Source of the DNA: Kiritimatiellia bacterium
GTDB lineage: Bacteria > Verrucomicrobiota > Kiritimatiellia > RFP12 > UBA1067
Direction of reading: 5' to 3'
NCBI GenBank assembly: GCA_051884875.1
Contig: JBJEWD010000020.1
Coordinates: forward strand, 101,011-165,010
DNA length: 64,000 bases
The stretch's first letter is position 1. Each line of letters starts with the position of its first letter. The position numbers and the translations under genes are program-made. Of this stretch, positions 16,550 through 26,252 are shown piece by piece. The notes beneath the pieces are model-generated. The model did no database searches. It worked only from the letters and a program-made list of their open reading frames with translations, and was not told the DNA's origin.

Positions 16550-18403
16550 TCACAGGATTCTGTCGATAATGCTGATGTAGTTCCACTTCGGTTCGTCGAT
16601 CGGCCCCGTGGCCTTGAACTCCAACAGCAGCTTCGTGAAGGGGAAGGTCACCGGATGAAGAATCTTCCCCAGAAGGGACTCCTTCTTCACGAACTGCACG
16701 CGCACGTCGAAATCAAGGTTGTCGTGCGCAATGTCGTAGCTGCCCCATCCCTTCAGGGAGACGACCCCGCCCTCGATATAGACGTTGTCGGAGCGGAACA
16801 CGCCATTGGTGAGCGTGAAATCCGCCGATGCCTGCGACTGGTTCACCAGAAATCCCACGCCCGGCACCTTGTCCGCCAGAATCTGCGTCAGCCCCGCAAA
16901 GAGTTTTATCTGCGCCAGATACCCGTCCGTAATCTCCACATGCCCTTGCCCGTTCAGCCGCGACACGAAATTCGTCGTGGCGGGCGCCGCAAGTTCGCAC
17001 CACCCGTCGACGCGCCCGCAGCGTTCGCCCAGATCGAACTTGAAGAATTCCGACATCTCCTGCAACGAACCGCCCGTGTAGGTGATCTTCGTCGCGAACT
17101 CCGCCCGGTCGCCGTCGAACCGGGGAATGCGCAGCACGCCCGGCGCCGAGATCCGTCCGCCCGTACTACCCTCCGCCGTCGCCTCATAGAAGTCGAGCAC
17201 ATCGCCCTTCAGCCGAAACCTGGCGACGACGTTGTTCAGGCGAAGCCCCAGAAACGTGCTTTTCTCCACGCGCGCCGTGAAATCGATGTCGTTGTACGCG
17301 AGATCGTCGACCGACGTGCCGCTCACGCCCTTGACCGTCAGGACGGGCGGCGTATGGCACGCGATCATCGAGAGGTCGTCCGCCGTCAGGAAATCCGCGA
17401 CCTTGAGCGCCTCCGCGAAATCGATCGAACTGCGGACGTCGTAGGCAAGCCGCGCGACACCATCTATGTTCGTGACGCCGATCCGCCCCGAGAGCGTACG
17501 CCCGTTCGCATCGGTCGCCGCCGGCAGATCGACCGTCAATCGCACGTTGCAGTTCGTCCCCCGTATCTCCGTGTGCACGCCCAACGTGCCGTCCGCCTGA
17601 CGGAACGGCGCCCCGCGATAAGTCGGCGTCTTCGGCGAAAGCGTCAGCCGCATGTCGAAATCGCCGCGCATCATATCGATCGCAAAATCGCCCTGCGCGG
17701 GAATCGGCTCGCTCACGCCGGTGAAGGCGTCGATGTACGGAAGCGCCGAGGTGATGTCCAGCGCCTCGATGAGCGGACGCACCAGCGGCTGCGTCGCCAG
17801 ACCATGCACCTCGCCCGTCACCTTCTGCGTATTGAAGTCGATGCGCCAGTTGCCGTCCAACGCCATCTGCCGCCCGCTCTGCGGCCACCAGTCGAGATGG
17901 ATCTTGTCAAGCGTCACGCGCCCGCCGCGCACCGCCACCTGCGCCGAGACCTGCGCGGGCTTGACCCCCAGCACCTCGGGACGCTCCAGAATCAGCTGGA
18001 ACCTGCGCACGGACGGCAGTTCGACCTCCACCCGTTCGTTCCGCTCGCGGCACTCCGTGCTGTAGTACGAATCGGGCAGACGCGCGTATTTCGCCCCGAT
18101 GATGCGCACCGTGCGCGTGCGGGGGTTGACATTCACCGACTGCGCCTCGACGACGGGAGTCAGTCGGTTCGCCCGCGTAAGGTCATGGGCGCACACCCCC
18201 TTCAAAGTCAGCCCCCGCCGGAAGCCGTAGGATGCGGACTGGCAGGAAACGACGAAATTCGTGGTGGACAGACGCTCCGTCGCCTTGTCAATGCAGAACC
18301 TGGGCAACCGCTGTTCACGGAAGAAGAGACTGCCCAGAAAAAGCAAAAAGACGATGAAAAACCATTTCACCGTCTTTGACACGTATCTGAAGAATCGCTT
18401 CAC
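16550..18403 (-). CDS. AsmA-like/TamB-like envelope protein with an N-terminal membrane anchor
   Basis: N-terminal TM (WFFIVFLLFLGSLFF), a long beta-rich body, and an AsmA_2-like C-terminus (GWGSYDIAHDNLDFDVRVQF...ATGPIDEPKW). Confidence 0.6.
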   Translation of the reverse strand: MKRFFRYVSKTVKWFFIVFLLFLGSLFFREQRLPRFCIDKATERLSTTNFVVSCQSASYGFRRGLTLKGVCAHDLTRANRLTPVVEAQSVNVNPRTRTVRIIGAKYARLPDSYYSTECRERNERVEVELPSVRRFQLILERPEVLGVKPAQVSAQVAVRGGRVTLDKIHLDWWPQSGRQMALDGNWRIDFNTQKVTGEVHGLATQPLVRPLIEALDITSALPYIDAFTGVSEPIPAQGDFAIDMMRGDFDMRLTLSPKTPTYRGAPFRQADGTLGVHTEIRGTNCNVRLTVDLPAATDANGRTLSGRIGVTNIDGVARLAYDVRSSIDFAEALKVADFLTADDLSMIACHTPPVLTVKGVSGTSVDDLAYNDIDFTARVEKSTFLGLRLNNVVARFRLKGDVLDFYEATAEGSTGGRISAPGVLRIPRFDGDRAEFATKITYTGGSLQEMSEFFKFDLGERCGRVDGWCELAAPATTNFVSRLNGQGHVEITDGYLAQIKLFAGLTQILADKVPGVGFLVNQSQASADFTLTNGVFRSDNVYIEGGVVSLKGWGSYDIAHDNLDFDVRVQFVKKESLLGKILHPVTFPFTKLLLEFKATGPIDEPKWNYISIIDRIL

Positions 18404-18438
18404 CTTGCCGCAACTTTCTCAATGCGCCTCTGCCGGTT

Positions 18439-18513
18439 TGGCAGCCCCTAGCGGAGTCGAACCGCTCTTACATGGATGAGAACCATATGTCCTAGCCGAT
18501 AGACGAAGGGGCC
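18439..18513 (-). tRNA. tRNA-Glu (anticodon CUC), CCA encoded
   Basis: Folded by hand from GGCCCCTTCGTCTATCGGCTAGGACATATGGTTCTCATCCATGTAAGAGCGGTTCGACTCCGCTAGGGGCTGCCA. It has a 7-bp acceptor stem, D and T arms (TTCGACT loop), and anticodon loop TT-CTC-AT. Confidence 0.85.
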
Positions 18514-18520
18514 AAACTGT

Positions 18521-18605
18521 TGGTGCACCCGGTGGGATTTGAACCCACACACCTTGCGGCACCAGAACCTGAATCTGGCGTGTATGCCAATTTCACCACG
18601 GGTGC
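18521..18605 (-). tRNA. tRNA-Leu (anticodon CAG), type II long variable arm, CCA encoded
   Basis: Folded by hand. Acceptor GCACCCG/CGGGTGC, anticodon stem CCAGA/TCTGG with loop TT-CAG-GT, variable arm TGCCGCAAGGTGT, T arm GTGGG-TTCAAAT-CCCAC. Confidence 0.85.
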
Positions 18606-18622
18606 TACGGAGGGATAGTATC

Positions 18623-19126
18623 TCAAATTTTCGCGGAACTGTCAACGGTGGATTTTAACTTTTCGTAAAATTCCTTTATCCCCACATGATGCCAGGCATC
18701 CAGGACGATTCTGCGATCCGCGAGCACCACCCGCGCAATACCCTTTTTCTCCCATTCGCCGTCATCCAGGGCCTTCACGTCCGCATAGGCATGCCGTACG
18801 CCGTTCACTGTGAATCCGTCCGCATCATACGCGAGCGAAAACCGCATGCTCCGTCCCAGCCGTACGCCGACCACGCCCCCGACGAGCAGGAGTGCAAGCG
18901 CAAACATCCGCTGGAAGCGGATCTTCTGCGCCTTGAACCTGGCAAGTTCCGCCTCCGGCATGCCGGGCGCGGGCGGCGCACCCTCGATCGCCTCGTAGAG
19001 CGCCGCCGCATCGGTGGCGGGATAGCGCACGAACCCGTCGAACCCGAACCATCCCGAAAGCCCGAGCATCAGCGCGGCAACCAGCAGGTGCCGCATCATA
19101 TATTCCTTGTTGACGTTAACCTTCAT
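18623..19126 (-). CDS. Hypothetical membrane protein (two TM helices plus a possible bacterial PH-like domain)
   Basis: TM segments LLVAALMLGLSGWFGF and MFALALLLVGGVVGV. A C-terminal soluble region follows. Good RBS (AAAGGAAAGGAG). Confidence 0.6.
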   Translation of the reverse strand: MKVNVNKEYMMRHLLVAALMLGLSGWFGFDGFVRYPATDAAALYEAIEGAPPAPGMPEAELARFKAQKIRFQRMFALALLLVGGVVGVRLGRSMRFSLAYDADGFTVNGVRHAYADVKALDDGEWEKKGIARVVLADRRIVLDAWHHVGIKEFYEKLKSTVDSSAKI

Positions 19127-19189
19127 CCCGGCTCCTTTCCTTTCACCAATCTCAGTTCCGTCACTCCAACCATGTCCCGAAGACGCTCT

Positions 19190-19219
19190 ATTATCCTCTT
19201 TTCACCCTCGCCCCGTCAA
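19190..19219 (-). promoter_or_regulatory. Candidate sigma70 promoter (TTGACG-18-GATAAT)
   Basis: The minus strand reads TTGACGgggcgagggtgaaaagagGATAAT, upstream of gene 18623..19126 and the two tRNAs. Confidence 0.3.
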
Positions 19220-19272
19220 CCCGGCGGACCACCTCCACGCCATCGGTTCCCGAAGGGACGCGGCAGACGGCA

Positions 19273-21510
19273 TCAGAGGCTGGCGAAGGGATTGCAGCTG
19301 AAATCGTCGGAAGACGGACCGAAGGACATCTTCAGGGCGCGGCGGCGCGGAGCGCCGCCTGCGCTGCCACCCGCGCCGTGCCCGCCTACCGCGGGCCTGG
19401 ACTTCGCGGAAAGCGAGATGCGCCCACGTGCGCGATCGACGCCGATGACCGTCACCTGCAGGCGGTCGCCGGCCTTGACGACGGAAGCGGGATCGGTCAC
19501 GTAGTTGTCGCTCAGTTCGGAAAGATGGACGAGTCCGTCCTGATGCACACCGATGTCGACGAAGGCGCCGAACGCGGTTACGTTGGTGACGACGCCTTCG
19601 AGCTTCATCCCCTCTTTGACATCCTCGATGCGGGTGACGTCGTCACGGAACTTCGGCGGCGCGAAGACGGCGCGCGGGTCGCGTCCCGGCTTCACGAGTT
19701 CGGCAACTATGTCCTTGAGCGTCGGCTCGCCGACGTCGTTCGTGATGTACCGCCGCACGTCGATCTTCTTCGCCGCCAGCGGATTGCCGACGAGATCGCG
19801 CACGGTGAGGCCGATGTCGGATGCCATCTGCGCGACGAGCGCGTAACGTTCGGGGTGCACGGCCGAGGCATCAAGCGGGTTCGCGGCGCCCCGGATGCGC
19901 AGAAAGCCCGCGCACTGCTCGAACGCCTTGGGGCCGAGTCCCTTCACCGCGTGGAGGTCTTCGCGGCAGGTGAACTTGCCGTGCGCATCGCGGTATTCGA
20001 CGATCGACTTCGCGAGCGACGGGGTAATGCCCGAGACGCGTTCGAGGAGCGGCGCCGACGCGGTGTTGAGTTCGACCCCGACACCGTTCACGCAACTGAC
20101 GACGACTTCGTCGAGCTTCGCCGAGAGGAGCGGCTGATGGACGTCGTGCTGGTACTGCCCGACCCCGATCGCCTTCGGATCGACCTTCACAAGTTCGGCG
20201 AGCGGATCCTGCAGCCGGCGTCCGATCGAAATCGCGCCGCGCACGGTGAGGTCGAGGTCGGGGAATTCCCGGCGGGCGATCTCCGACGCGGAATAGACCG
20301 ACGCCCCCGCCTCCGAGACGCTGACGACCATCGGCGTGGGGATTTCGGGATGCTGCGCGGCAAGCCGTTTCAGGGTCGAACGGCAGAATGCCTCGGTTTC
20401 GCGGCCCGCCGTGCCGTTGCCGACGGCGATTGCCTGGGGACGGTACTTGTTGACGATCATCGCCAGCGCCTTGGCGGACTCCTCGGGCTGCTGTCCGGGG
20501 AAGATGACGGTCTTGCCGAGATACTTGCCCGTCGCATCCATCATCGCAACCTTACAGCCCGTGCGGATGCCCGGATCGATCGCAAGCACGGCCTTCTCGC
20601 CAAGCGGCGGGGCCAGCAGAAGGTGGCGCAGGTTCTCCGCGAAGACCTCAACGGCGGCGAGGTCGGCCTCGGTCTTCTTCTCGACCGTGACGTCGATCTC
20701 GCAGGACGGCGCGAGAAGCCGCCTGTAGGCGTCTTCGGCGGCAAGCGCAATCTGCTCCGCCGCCGCATCCGAATTTGTCGCGTCCGCGCGCGCCGCCGCG
20801 ACCAGTCCCAGGACGCCATCTACGGCCAATGCGCGATCGAGCTCGAGCTTCACCCACAGAACGCCCTCCTTCTGTCCGCGGCGGATGGCCAGGTAGCGGT
20901 GCGAGGGAATCGTCGCAATGGATTCGGAGAAGTCGTAGTACTGCTCGAACTTCGTCGGCTCCTTCGGCGCAGGCGAGGCGACCTCGCTCCTGACGACGGA
21001 CTTCGTGGCGAACAGCTGGCGCACGTAGCCGCGCACGTTCGCCATGTCGGCGATGCGTTCGGCGAGGATGTCGCGCGCGCCGGCGAGATCCTCGTCTGCG
21101 CCTTCGAAGGCGGCGCCGCGCCAGATCGCGTCCGCAAGCGGTTCAAGCCCCTTCTCCCGCGCGATCTGGGCGCGCGTGCGGCGCTTCGGCTTATACGGCT
21201 GGTAGAGGTCTTCGAGCGCCGTCTTCTGATAGCATGCGCGAATCTTCCGCTCAAGATCGGGCGTGAGCTTGTCCTGCTCGGCGATGGACTTCAGGATCGT
21301 CTCGCGGCGGGCTTCAAGTTCATTGTAGTAGCCGAGGCGCTCCTGGATCCTGCCGATGGCGACCTCATCGAGGTTGCCGTGCATCTCCTTGCGGTAGCGG
21401 GCGATGAAAGGGACGGTGTTGCCTTCGGCCAGCAGTTTCTCGACGGCGGCGATCTGGCGGGCGGATGCGCCGACCTCGGACTGCATCCGGTTCAGGATTT
21501 CAGCGTTCAT
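19273..21510 (-). CDS. tex: Tex-like RNA-binding transcription accessory protein (C-terminal S1 domain)
   Basis: VPFIARYRKEMHGNLDEV is the Tex N-terminal signature. The YqgF/HhH regions and a C-terminal S1 (GVVTNVTAFGAFVDIGVHQDGLVHLSE) are also present. Confidence 0.9.
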   Translation of the reverse strand: MNAEILNRMQSEVGASARQIAAVEKLLAEGNTVPFIARYRKEMHGNLDEVAIGRIQERLGYYNELEARRETILKSIAEQDKLTPDLERKIRACYQKTALEDLYQPYKPKRRTRAQIAREKGLEPLADAIWRGAAFEGADEDLAGARDILAERIADMANVRGYVRQLFATKSVVRSEVASPAPKEPTKFEQYYDFSESIATIPSHRYLAIRRGQKEGVLWVKLELDRALAVDGVLGLVAAARADATNSDAAAEQIALAAEDAYRRLLAPSCEIDVTVEKKTEADLAAVEVFAENLRHLLLAPPLGEKAVLAIDPGIRTGCKVAMMDATGKYLGKTVIFPGQQPEESAKALAMIVNKYRPQAIAVGNGTAGRETEAFCRSTLKRLAAQHPEIPTPMVVSVSEAGASVYSASEIARREFPDLDLTVRGAISIGRRLQDPLAELVKVDPKAIGVGQYQHDVHQPLLSAKLDEVVVSCVNGVGVELNTASAPLLERVSGITPSLAKSIVEYRDAHGKFTCREDLHAVKGLGPKAFEQCAGFLRIRGAANPLDASAVHPERYALVAQMASDIGLTVRDLVGNPLAAKKIDVRRYITNDVGEPTLKDIVAELVKPGRDPRAVFAPPKFRDDVTRIEDVKEGMKLEGVVTNVTAFGAFVDIGVHQDGLVHLSELSDNYVTDPASVVKAGDRLQVTVIGVDRARGRISLSAKSRPAVGGHGAGGSAGGAPRRRALKMSFGPSSDDFSCNPFASL

Positions 21511-22156
21511 TTCTTCTCACGATGCCCGCGCGCGGTTCGGCTTCGGGCGGAATCTTCAGGGGTTCAAGCGGCAAGTCGTCCGCCGGCAGCGAACGCCAGC
21601 ACGCGCTGTAGATGGGGAGACCCTGTTCGCGGAACATGGTCTCGAACTCGGTCCAGACCGTCTTCGGCCGGGCCATGGGGAAGGTGCGCACGAAACGCGG
21701 ATCCTCCGCGAAACCGGCGCAGACCTCTTCGAAATATTCCTGGTGATCGGTCGCGAACTCGAGCTTGCCGCCGACTTCGAGACGCTTCCAGAGCGCCGCG
21801 CGGAAGAGCGGACCGAACAGGCGGTGCGAATGGTGGCGTTTCTTCGGCCAGGGATCGGGAAAGAAGACGTAGACCGTGCGCGCATGGTGTGCCGGCAGCA
21901 GATAGTGAAAGGCATAGAGCGCCTCCAGACGCAGAATCCGCACATTGTCGATTCCGCCGCGAACGCACTTGCCGGCGAACAGACGCACGCGTTCGAGCAT
22001 GCGCTCGATGCCGAGGAAATCGCAATCGGGATTCGCCGCCGCACGGCGGGCGAGGAACTGACCCTTGCCGCAACCGACCTCGATCTCCAGCGGACGGGAG
22101 AGGTCGAAGGCGATTGGCGCACAGGGATCCGTAATGCGGAGAATGGGGTCGATCAT
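21500..22156 (-). CDS. trmB: tRNA (guanine46-N7)-methyltransferase
   Basis: EVGCGKGQFL.... and FFPDPWPKKRHHSHRL are TrmB signatures. The start at ATG 22156 overlaps the pgpA stop (ATGA). Confidence 0.85.
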   Translation of the reverse strand: MIDPILRITDPCAPIAFDLSRPLEIEVGCGKGQFLARRAAANPDCDFLGIERMLERVRLFAGKCVRGGIDNVRILRLEALYAFHYLLPAHHARTVYVFFPDPWPKKRHHSHRLFGPLFRAALWKRLEVGGKLEFATDHQEYFEEVCAGFAEDPRFVRTFPMARPKTVWTEFETMFREQGLPIYSACWRSLPADDLPLEPLKIPPEAEPRAGIVRRNER

Positions 22157-22638
22157 GCGAACAGATACCAGTAGATCAGCCAGTTGATGCCCAGCGAATA
22201 GAGGTTGGCGATGAAATCGTCGACGACGATGCCGCGGCCGCCCGGAATGCCCTGCAACTGCCGCGCCGGCGGCGGCTTGATGATGTCGATCGCGCGCACC
22301 ACGAGAAAGAAAACGAGCATCGACCACCACGGCAGCGTGTGGAGCGGAAGACCGACGACCGCGATTGGATAGAGCATCCACTCGTCCGCCACAATGCGCC
22401 CGTCGTCCACGATGCCCAGCATCCGCTCGGCCACGGTACAGAACGGGATCGCCAAGAGCGCCAGTGCGGTGCAGAGCGGGATCTGCGCCCAGACGGGCAG
22501 CCGCACCACCGCATACGCCAGCGCCACACCCGGGACGCTGCCGAAGGTGCCGGGCGCGAACGGCACGAAAAGACCGATGCCGAAGCCGGTCGCAACAAAC
22601 AGACAGAATTTCTCGCAGAAGGTCCAGGTGGATTTCAT
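22153..22638 (-). CDS. pgpA: Phosphatidylglycerophosphatase A
   Basis: GFGIGLFVPFAPGTFGS.... and DIIKPPPARQLQGIPGGRGIVVDD match the PgpA family. Confidence 0.8.
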   Translation of the reverse strand: MKSTWTFCEKFCLFVATGFGIGLFVPFAPGTFGSVPGVALAYAVVRLPVWAQIPLCTALALLAIPFCTVAERMLGIVDDGRIVADEWMLYPIAVVGLPLHTLPWWSMLVFFLVVRAIDIIKPPPARQLQGIPGGRGIVVDDFIANLYSLGINWLIYWYLFA

Positions 22639-22733
22639 TTTGGCGGGTATTATACCAAAAGCGGACGCACCGATGGGGCACGTCCGCCCCTCTTATGCAG
22701 CTCTCTTGCCAGAAAATCAATGCCCTTTGCCGA

Positions 22734-23657
22734 TTACGTTGCCAAATAGGCCTGCATGTCGGCGGGAATCGGTGCTTCGAAAGCAAGTTGCTCCGACCGG
22801 CACGGGTGCCAGAGCTTCAGTCGCCAGGCGTGCAGCATCTGCCGCGCAGGCACGGGGTCGAGCCGCATGTCCAAAGACGATTTGCCGTAGACCTTGTCCC
22901 CGATGACGGGACGGCCGATCGAGGCCATGTGCACGCGGATCTGATGGGTGCGGCCCGTCTCAATCCGGCATTGGATGAACGAGAGGGCTTGGGGCCTGGG
23001 GTCTGGCGCCCGGTGCGGGGCTGGTACGGAGGGAAGAATCTGCCAGTTGGTGACGGCGACCTTGCCATTACGCGCGACGATCGCCATCTTCTTGCGGTCA
23101 ACGGGATGACGACCGATCAGATTCTCGATGCGACCGCAGGTCAGCCCCGCCGAGTTGGGCGTCCTGTGACAAATCGCCAGATAGGTCTTCTCGATATGCC
23201 GGTGCGACGCGAAGGCCGCCGTAAGTCCCTCCATCGCCTGTTGGGTCTTGGCGACGACGATAAGGCCCGACGTGTCCTGATCGAGGCGGTGGACGATCCC
23301 CGGCCGGGCGACGCCGCCGATACCCGAAAGACCCGGGCAGCGGTGCAGGAGCGCATTGACGAGCGTACCCGTGAAATGTCCGGGGGCGGGATGGACGACC
23401 ATTCCCGGCGCCTTGTTGACGACGATCATGTCATCGTCCTCGAAGACGACGTCAAGCGGAATATCCTCGGGTTCGGGAATGGCCGGGACGGGCGGCGGTA
23501 TCTCGACCGCGATATCGTCCGTCTCGGCGACCTTCTGCCCCGCCTTGACGGCGACGGCTCCGTTGACGGTCACGTAACCCGCTTTCACGAGTCCTTCGAT
23601 CCGCGAGCGCGAGAAATCGGGGTAGCGCCCCAGCAGCAGCCGGTCCAGCCTCTCCAT
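22734..23657 (-). CDS. rluD: RluA-family 23S rRNA pseudouridine synthase (RluD-like, S4 domain)
   Basis: N-terminal S4 (RLDRLL...SRSRIEGLVKAGYVTVNG) and the catalytic HRLDQDTSGLIVVAKT. Confidence 0.85.
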   Translation of the reverse strand: MERLDRLLLGRYPDFSRSRIEGLVKAGYVTVNGAVAVKAGQKVAETDDIAVEIPPPVPAIPEPEDIPLDVVFEDDDMIVVNKAPGMVVHPAPGHFTGTLVNALLHRCPGLSGIGGVARPGIVHRLDQDTSGLIVVAKTQQAMEGLTAAFASHRHIEKTYLAICHRTPNSAGLTCGRIENLIGRHPVDRKKMAIVARNGKVAVTNWQILPSVPAPHRAPDPRPQALSFIQCRIETGRTHQIRVHMASIGRPVIGDKVYGKSSLDMRLDPVPARQMLHAWRLKLWHPCRSEQLAFEAPIPADMQAYLAT

Positions 23658-23660
23658 CCG

Positions 23661-24902
23661 TCAGTCCTCGCGCCAGCGAATGTAGCGCACCTTGTTGTCC
23701 CTGACGTAGCACTGCGCCGTCACCGTACGGGTCATTCCCATCGACTCGCCCGTGATCCTGACATTGAAGACGAGGCTTTCCGACGAGCCTTTGGAGGGGA
23801 AGATGAGATAGTTGCTCGCTTCGCTGCCGATGTCCTCGTCCACGCGATCCGTAAGATCGTTCCAGTCCTTATACGGCCACCATTCGCGCTGCTCATCGAT
23901 ATCGCTCGTATCCTCGGGCATGACGGAAAGGCCGTCTTTGATCATCTGCGCCACGTTCTGCGCCTCCATCACGGCATCGTCGCTGGCCGGATCGTCATAG
24001 ACGCCGGGAATGGTGATGAGGGCATCGATGGGCGTCTGCGGATCGATGGTGATCTTGTTTGCGCCCTCCGTACAGAACAGGTCCTCGATACCCTTTACCG
24101 TAATCTGGTCATCCGGGTCTTCCCACGGATTGATCACGCCGCCGGTCAGCACCTGAGGATACTCGCGGAAACCGCGCACGTAGGCGAGCTCGTGCACATC
24201 GGGGATGGCGGCGTTGCGCGGCCGCTTCCTGTCCTCGTCATCAAGGCGGTTATCCTCCTCGTACTCCTCGTACCACTGGTTCTCGGCGCCGCATTCCTCA
24301 CCGTCGATCGCCGTCACCGTATCATCCTGGTCGCGCCAGTCGTTCCAGGAGGCGATGAGGATGTTCCAGAGGTTGATCGTCCCGTCCTTCGGCGTCGACA
24401 GTTTCTCGGGGATGTTGTGCGACTTGAAGATCATCCACCAGCGCTCCGAATACTTCGAGTCGTTGGCGCCGCTGTAGAGCTGATTGATGTTGATGACACC
24501 CTTCTGACCCGAATTGACGAGGCTGATCTCCACGCTCACCGTCGCGGTGTTGACGAGGCTGCCGTCCTTGCCGCGCGTGTCGTCCAGGAGCACCCGTTCG
24601 ATCTTGCACTGGTTGTGCTCGTTGAGATCCTGCTGCGCGAGAATCCAGATGTTGTAGTCCTCCTTGAGCTTCTCGTCGTCCTGATCCTTGCTCCAAGCCG
24701 GCGCGGACTTGTAGTTCAGGAGCATCACCTCGGCGATGGCCTGTCCCGCATCGATGACCCGCGCCACGCGATTGCGTTCGCGCACGTAGACGTTGATGCC
24801 CGCCTGCTGGTTGGCCTCGTAGGTGAACGAAAGCACCATCACGGAAAGGACGGCAATGATCATCAGCGCCATCAGCAAAGCTCCGCCGCGCCGCATCCTC
24901 AT
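23661..24902 (-). CDS. gspK: GspK-like minor pseudopilin (type II secretion/pseudopilus)
   Basis: MRMRRGGALLMALMIIAVLSVMVLSF is a GspK-type N-terminus. The ATGA overlap with the upstream gene fixes the start at 24902. The longer ORF to 25193 is rejected. Confidence 0.65.
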   Translation of the reverse strand: MRMRRGGALLMALMIIAVLSVMVLSFTYEANQQAGINVYVRERNRVARVIDAGQAIAEVMLLNYKSAPAWSKDQDDEKLKEDYNIWILAQQDLNEHNQCKIERVLLDDTRGKDGSLVNTATVSVEISLVNSGQKGVININQLYSGANDSKYSERWWMIFKSHNIPEKLSTPKDGTINLWNILIASWNDWRDQDDTVTAIDGEECGAENQWYEEYEEDNRLDDEDRKRPRNAAIPDVHELAYVRGFREYPQVLTGGVINPWEDPDDQITVKGIEDLFCTEGANKITIDPQTPIDALITIPGVYDDPASDDAVMEAQNVAQMIKDGLSVMPEDTSDIDEQREWWPYKDWNDLTDRVDEDIGSEASNYLIFPSKGSSESLVFNVRITGESMGMTRTVTAQCYVRDNKVRYIRWRED

Positions 24903-25807
24903 CGAGGGCCTCCTCCCATGCCACCCGGATTCATACCGCCGCCGGGGCCGCCTGAAGTCCCCGAACCGCCCGCGCCGCCTGAAGTCCCCGAACCGCCCGC
25001 GCCGCCCGGACGCGCCCCGCCGTCGTTCGTCTCGTCCGTCGGCGTGTTCGCACCGTCCAGGCTCTGCTCGTGAATCGGGATGCGCACAATGCGCATCATC
25101 GGCGCCGTGTTCGAACGGTAGCTCTTCCCTTCGGGATCGGCGATGCGGAACGCGAGTTCGACCTTGTACGGTACGGCGTTCGAGTTCGTCCATTCGTCCT
25201 CGAACTTATCGTCCGTAATGGTGGATGAAGTCGGGGCCTCCTTCATCACGCGGCAGTTGAAGCCGACGACGCCCGAGGCGATCAGCACGGGCTTGTACAT
25301 CTCCTCGTTGGCGAACGTGTAGTCGATATCGCTATCGTCCTTGGGCCGCAGGGCGATGTCGGGGCACAGCCGTGCGTAGAGCCCCGTGACGGGGATCTCC
25401 GTCTTGAAATCGCGGTTGCCCTCCTCCAGCACCATGACACGCACGCGGTGGACGGTATCCTTGACGGAACTGTTGACGTCGATGATGGACGAACCCGTCT
25501 TCGACCACTCGATCATGTCGGAGTCGTCCGGATCTTCGCCATTGCCGCCGTCAAAGAGCATAAACCCGTAGTCGTAGCTCTGTTGGCCCGTATGCGGATA
25601 GTACATGCTCCTGAGGCCCGTGACGACCTGATCAAGCGCATAATCCGTGCGCTGGAGCTTGTCCATGTACTCCGTCGAGGTCTGCCAGGCGTTGTTGACG
25701 GCGTGGAAGGCGACGAACGTCGTCGTCGAGATCAGCCCGACGATGACGACCGCGAGCAGGACCTCGACCATTGTGAAGCCGCCGCGAAGATCAGTTGGAC
25801 GAATCAT
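24899..25807 (-). CDS. gspJ: GspJ-like pseudopilin with a Gly-rich C-terminal tail
   Basis: Prepilin cleavage/methylation motif GGFTMVEVLLAVVIVGL. The C-terminal tail is GGARPGGAGGSGTSGGAGGSGTSGGPGGGMNPGGMGGGPR. Confidence 0.6.
   Translation of the reverse strand: MIRPTDLRGGFTMVEVLLAVVIVGLISTTTFVAFHAVNNAWQTSTEYMDKLQRTDYALDQVVTGLRSMYYPHTGQQSYDYGFMLFDGGNGEDPDDSDMIEWSKTGSSIIDVNSSVKDTVHRVRVMVLEEGNRDFKTEIPVTGLYARLCPDIALRPKDDSDIDYTFANEEMYKPVLIASGVVGFNCRVMKEAPTSSTITDDKFEDEWTNSNAVPYKVELAFRIADPEGKSYRSNTAPMMRIVRIPIHEQSLDGANTPTDETNDGGARPGGAGGSGTSGGAGGSGTSGGPGGGMNPGGMGGGPR
24947..25000. repeat. Perfect 27-bp tandem repeat x2 (gccgcctgaagtccccgaaccgcccgc)
   Basis: Read directly from the sequence. It encodes GGAGGSGTS x2 in the GspJ-like tail. 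Confidence 0.9.
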
Positions 25808-26252
25808 TCGGATCCCTCCAGAGCGTGACGTAGCTCTCTTCGTTGTAGTGTCCGCGCAGATCGTTGCCCCAGCGGACGGTGACCTTGATGACATAAAGAT
25901 TGCAGATGCGCTTGCGGTCGTCATCCGTATCGTCGAGATTGAGGCATTCGCGCCGCCAGGTGTAGCCGTGGAACTTCTCCTCCTGCTCGTTGGAAAGCCG
26001 CGCGTCGGAGATCTTCTCCCAGAGTTCCGTGGCCTTGCATTCCTGGACGTCCAGCTCCGTCTTGACGTCGGTGACGTCCGTCAGCGGATAGGCCATCTCG
26101 CCGAGATCCATCACCTCCTGCGCCGTCTCCAGGTAGGCCGATCCCAGCATGACCTCCTGCGCCGTCATCATCGACATCAGAATGGCCGTGAGGCCAAAGC
26201 CGAGGATAACGGTCGCCAGCAGCACCTCCAAGAGCGTGAAGCCCCTTCTCAC
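25791..26252 (-). CDS. gspI: GspI-like pseudopilin
   Basis: VRRGFTLLEVLLATVILGFGL is a prepilin motif. The GTG start at 26252 overlaps the upstream stop (GTGA). Confidence 0.6.
   Translation of the reverse strand: MRRGFTLLEVLLATVILGFGLTAILMSMMTAQEVMLGSAYLETAQEVMDLGEMAYPLTDVTDVKTELDVQECKATELWEKISDARLSNEQEEKFHGYTWRRECLNLDDTDDDRKRICNLYVIKVTVRWGNDLRGHYNEESYVTLWRDPNDSSN

Noticed and set aside
18404-18622. Additional small RNA or tmRNA-like elements around the tRNA pair.
   Set aside because: The tRNA-Glu and tRNA-Leu genes and 7-35 nt spacers fully account for the region. No further conserved structure was seen.
22365-25073. 902-aa plus-strand ORF. Similar very long ORFs lie antisense to real genes: 19378..22134, 34429..37887, 42808..44757, 46376..48100, 48343..50892, 55743..59459 and 7635..9704.
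   Set aside because: They are Arg/Pro/Ala/Gly-rich with no recognisable motifs. They lie exactly opposite genes with strong family signatures. Stop-poor antisense frames are expected at about 65% GC.
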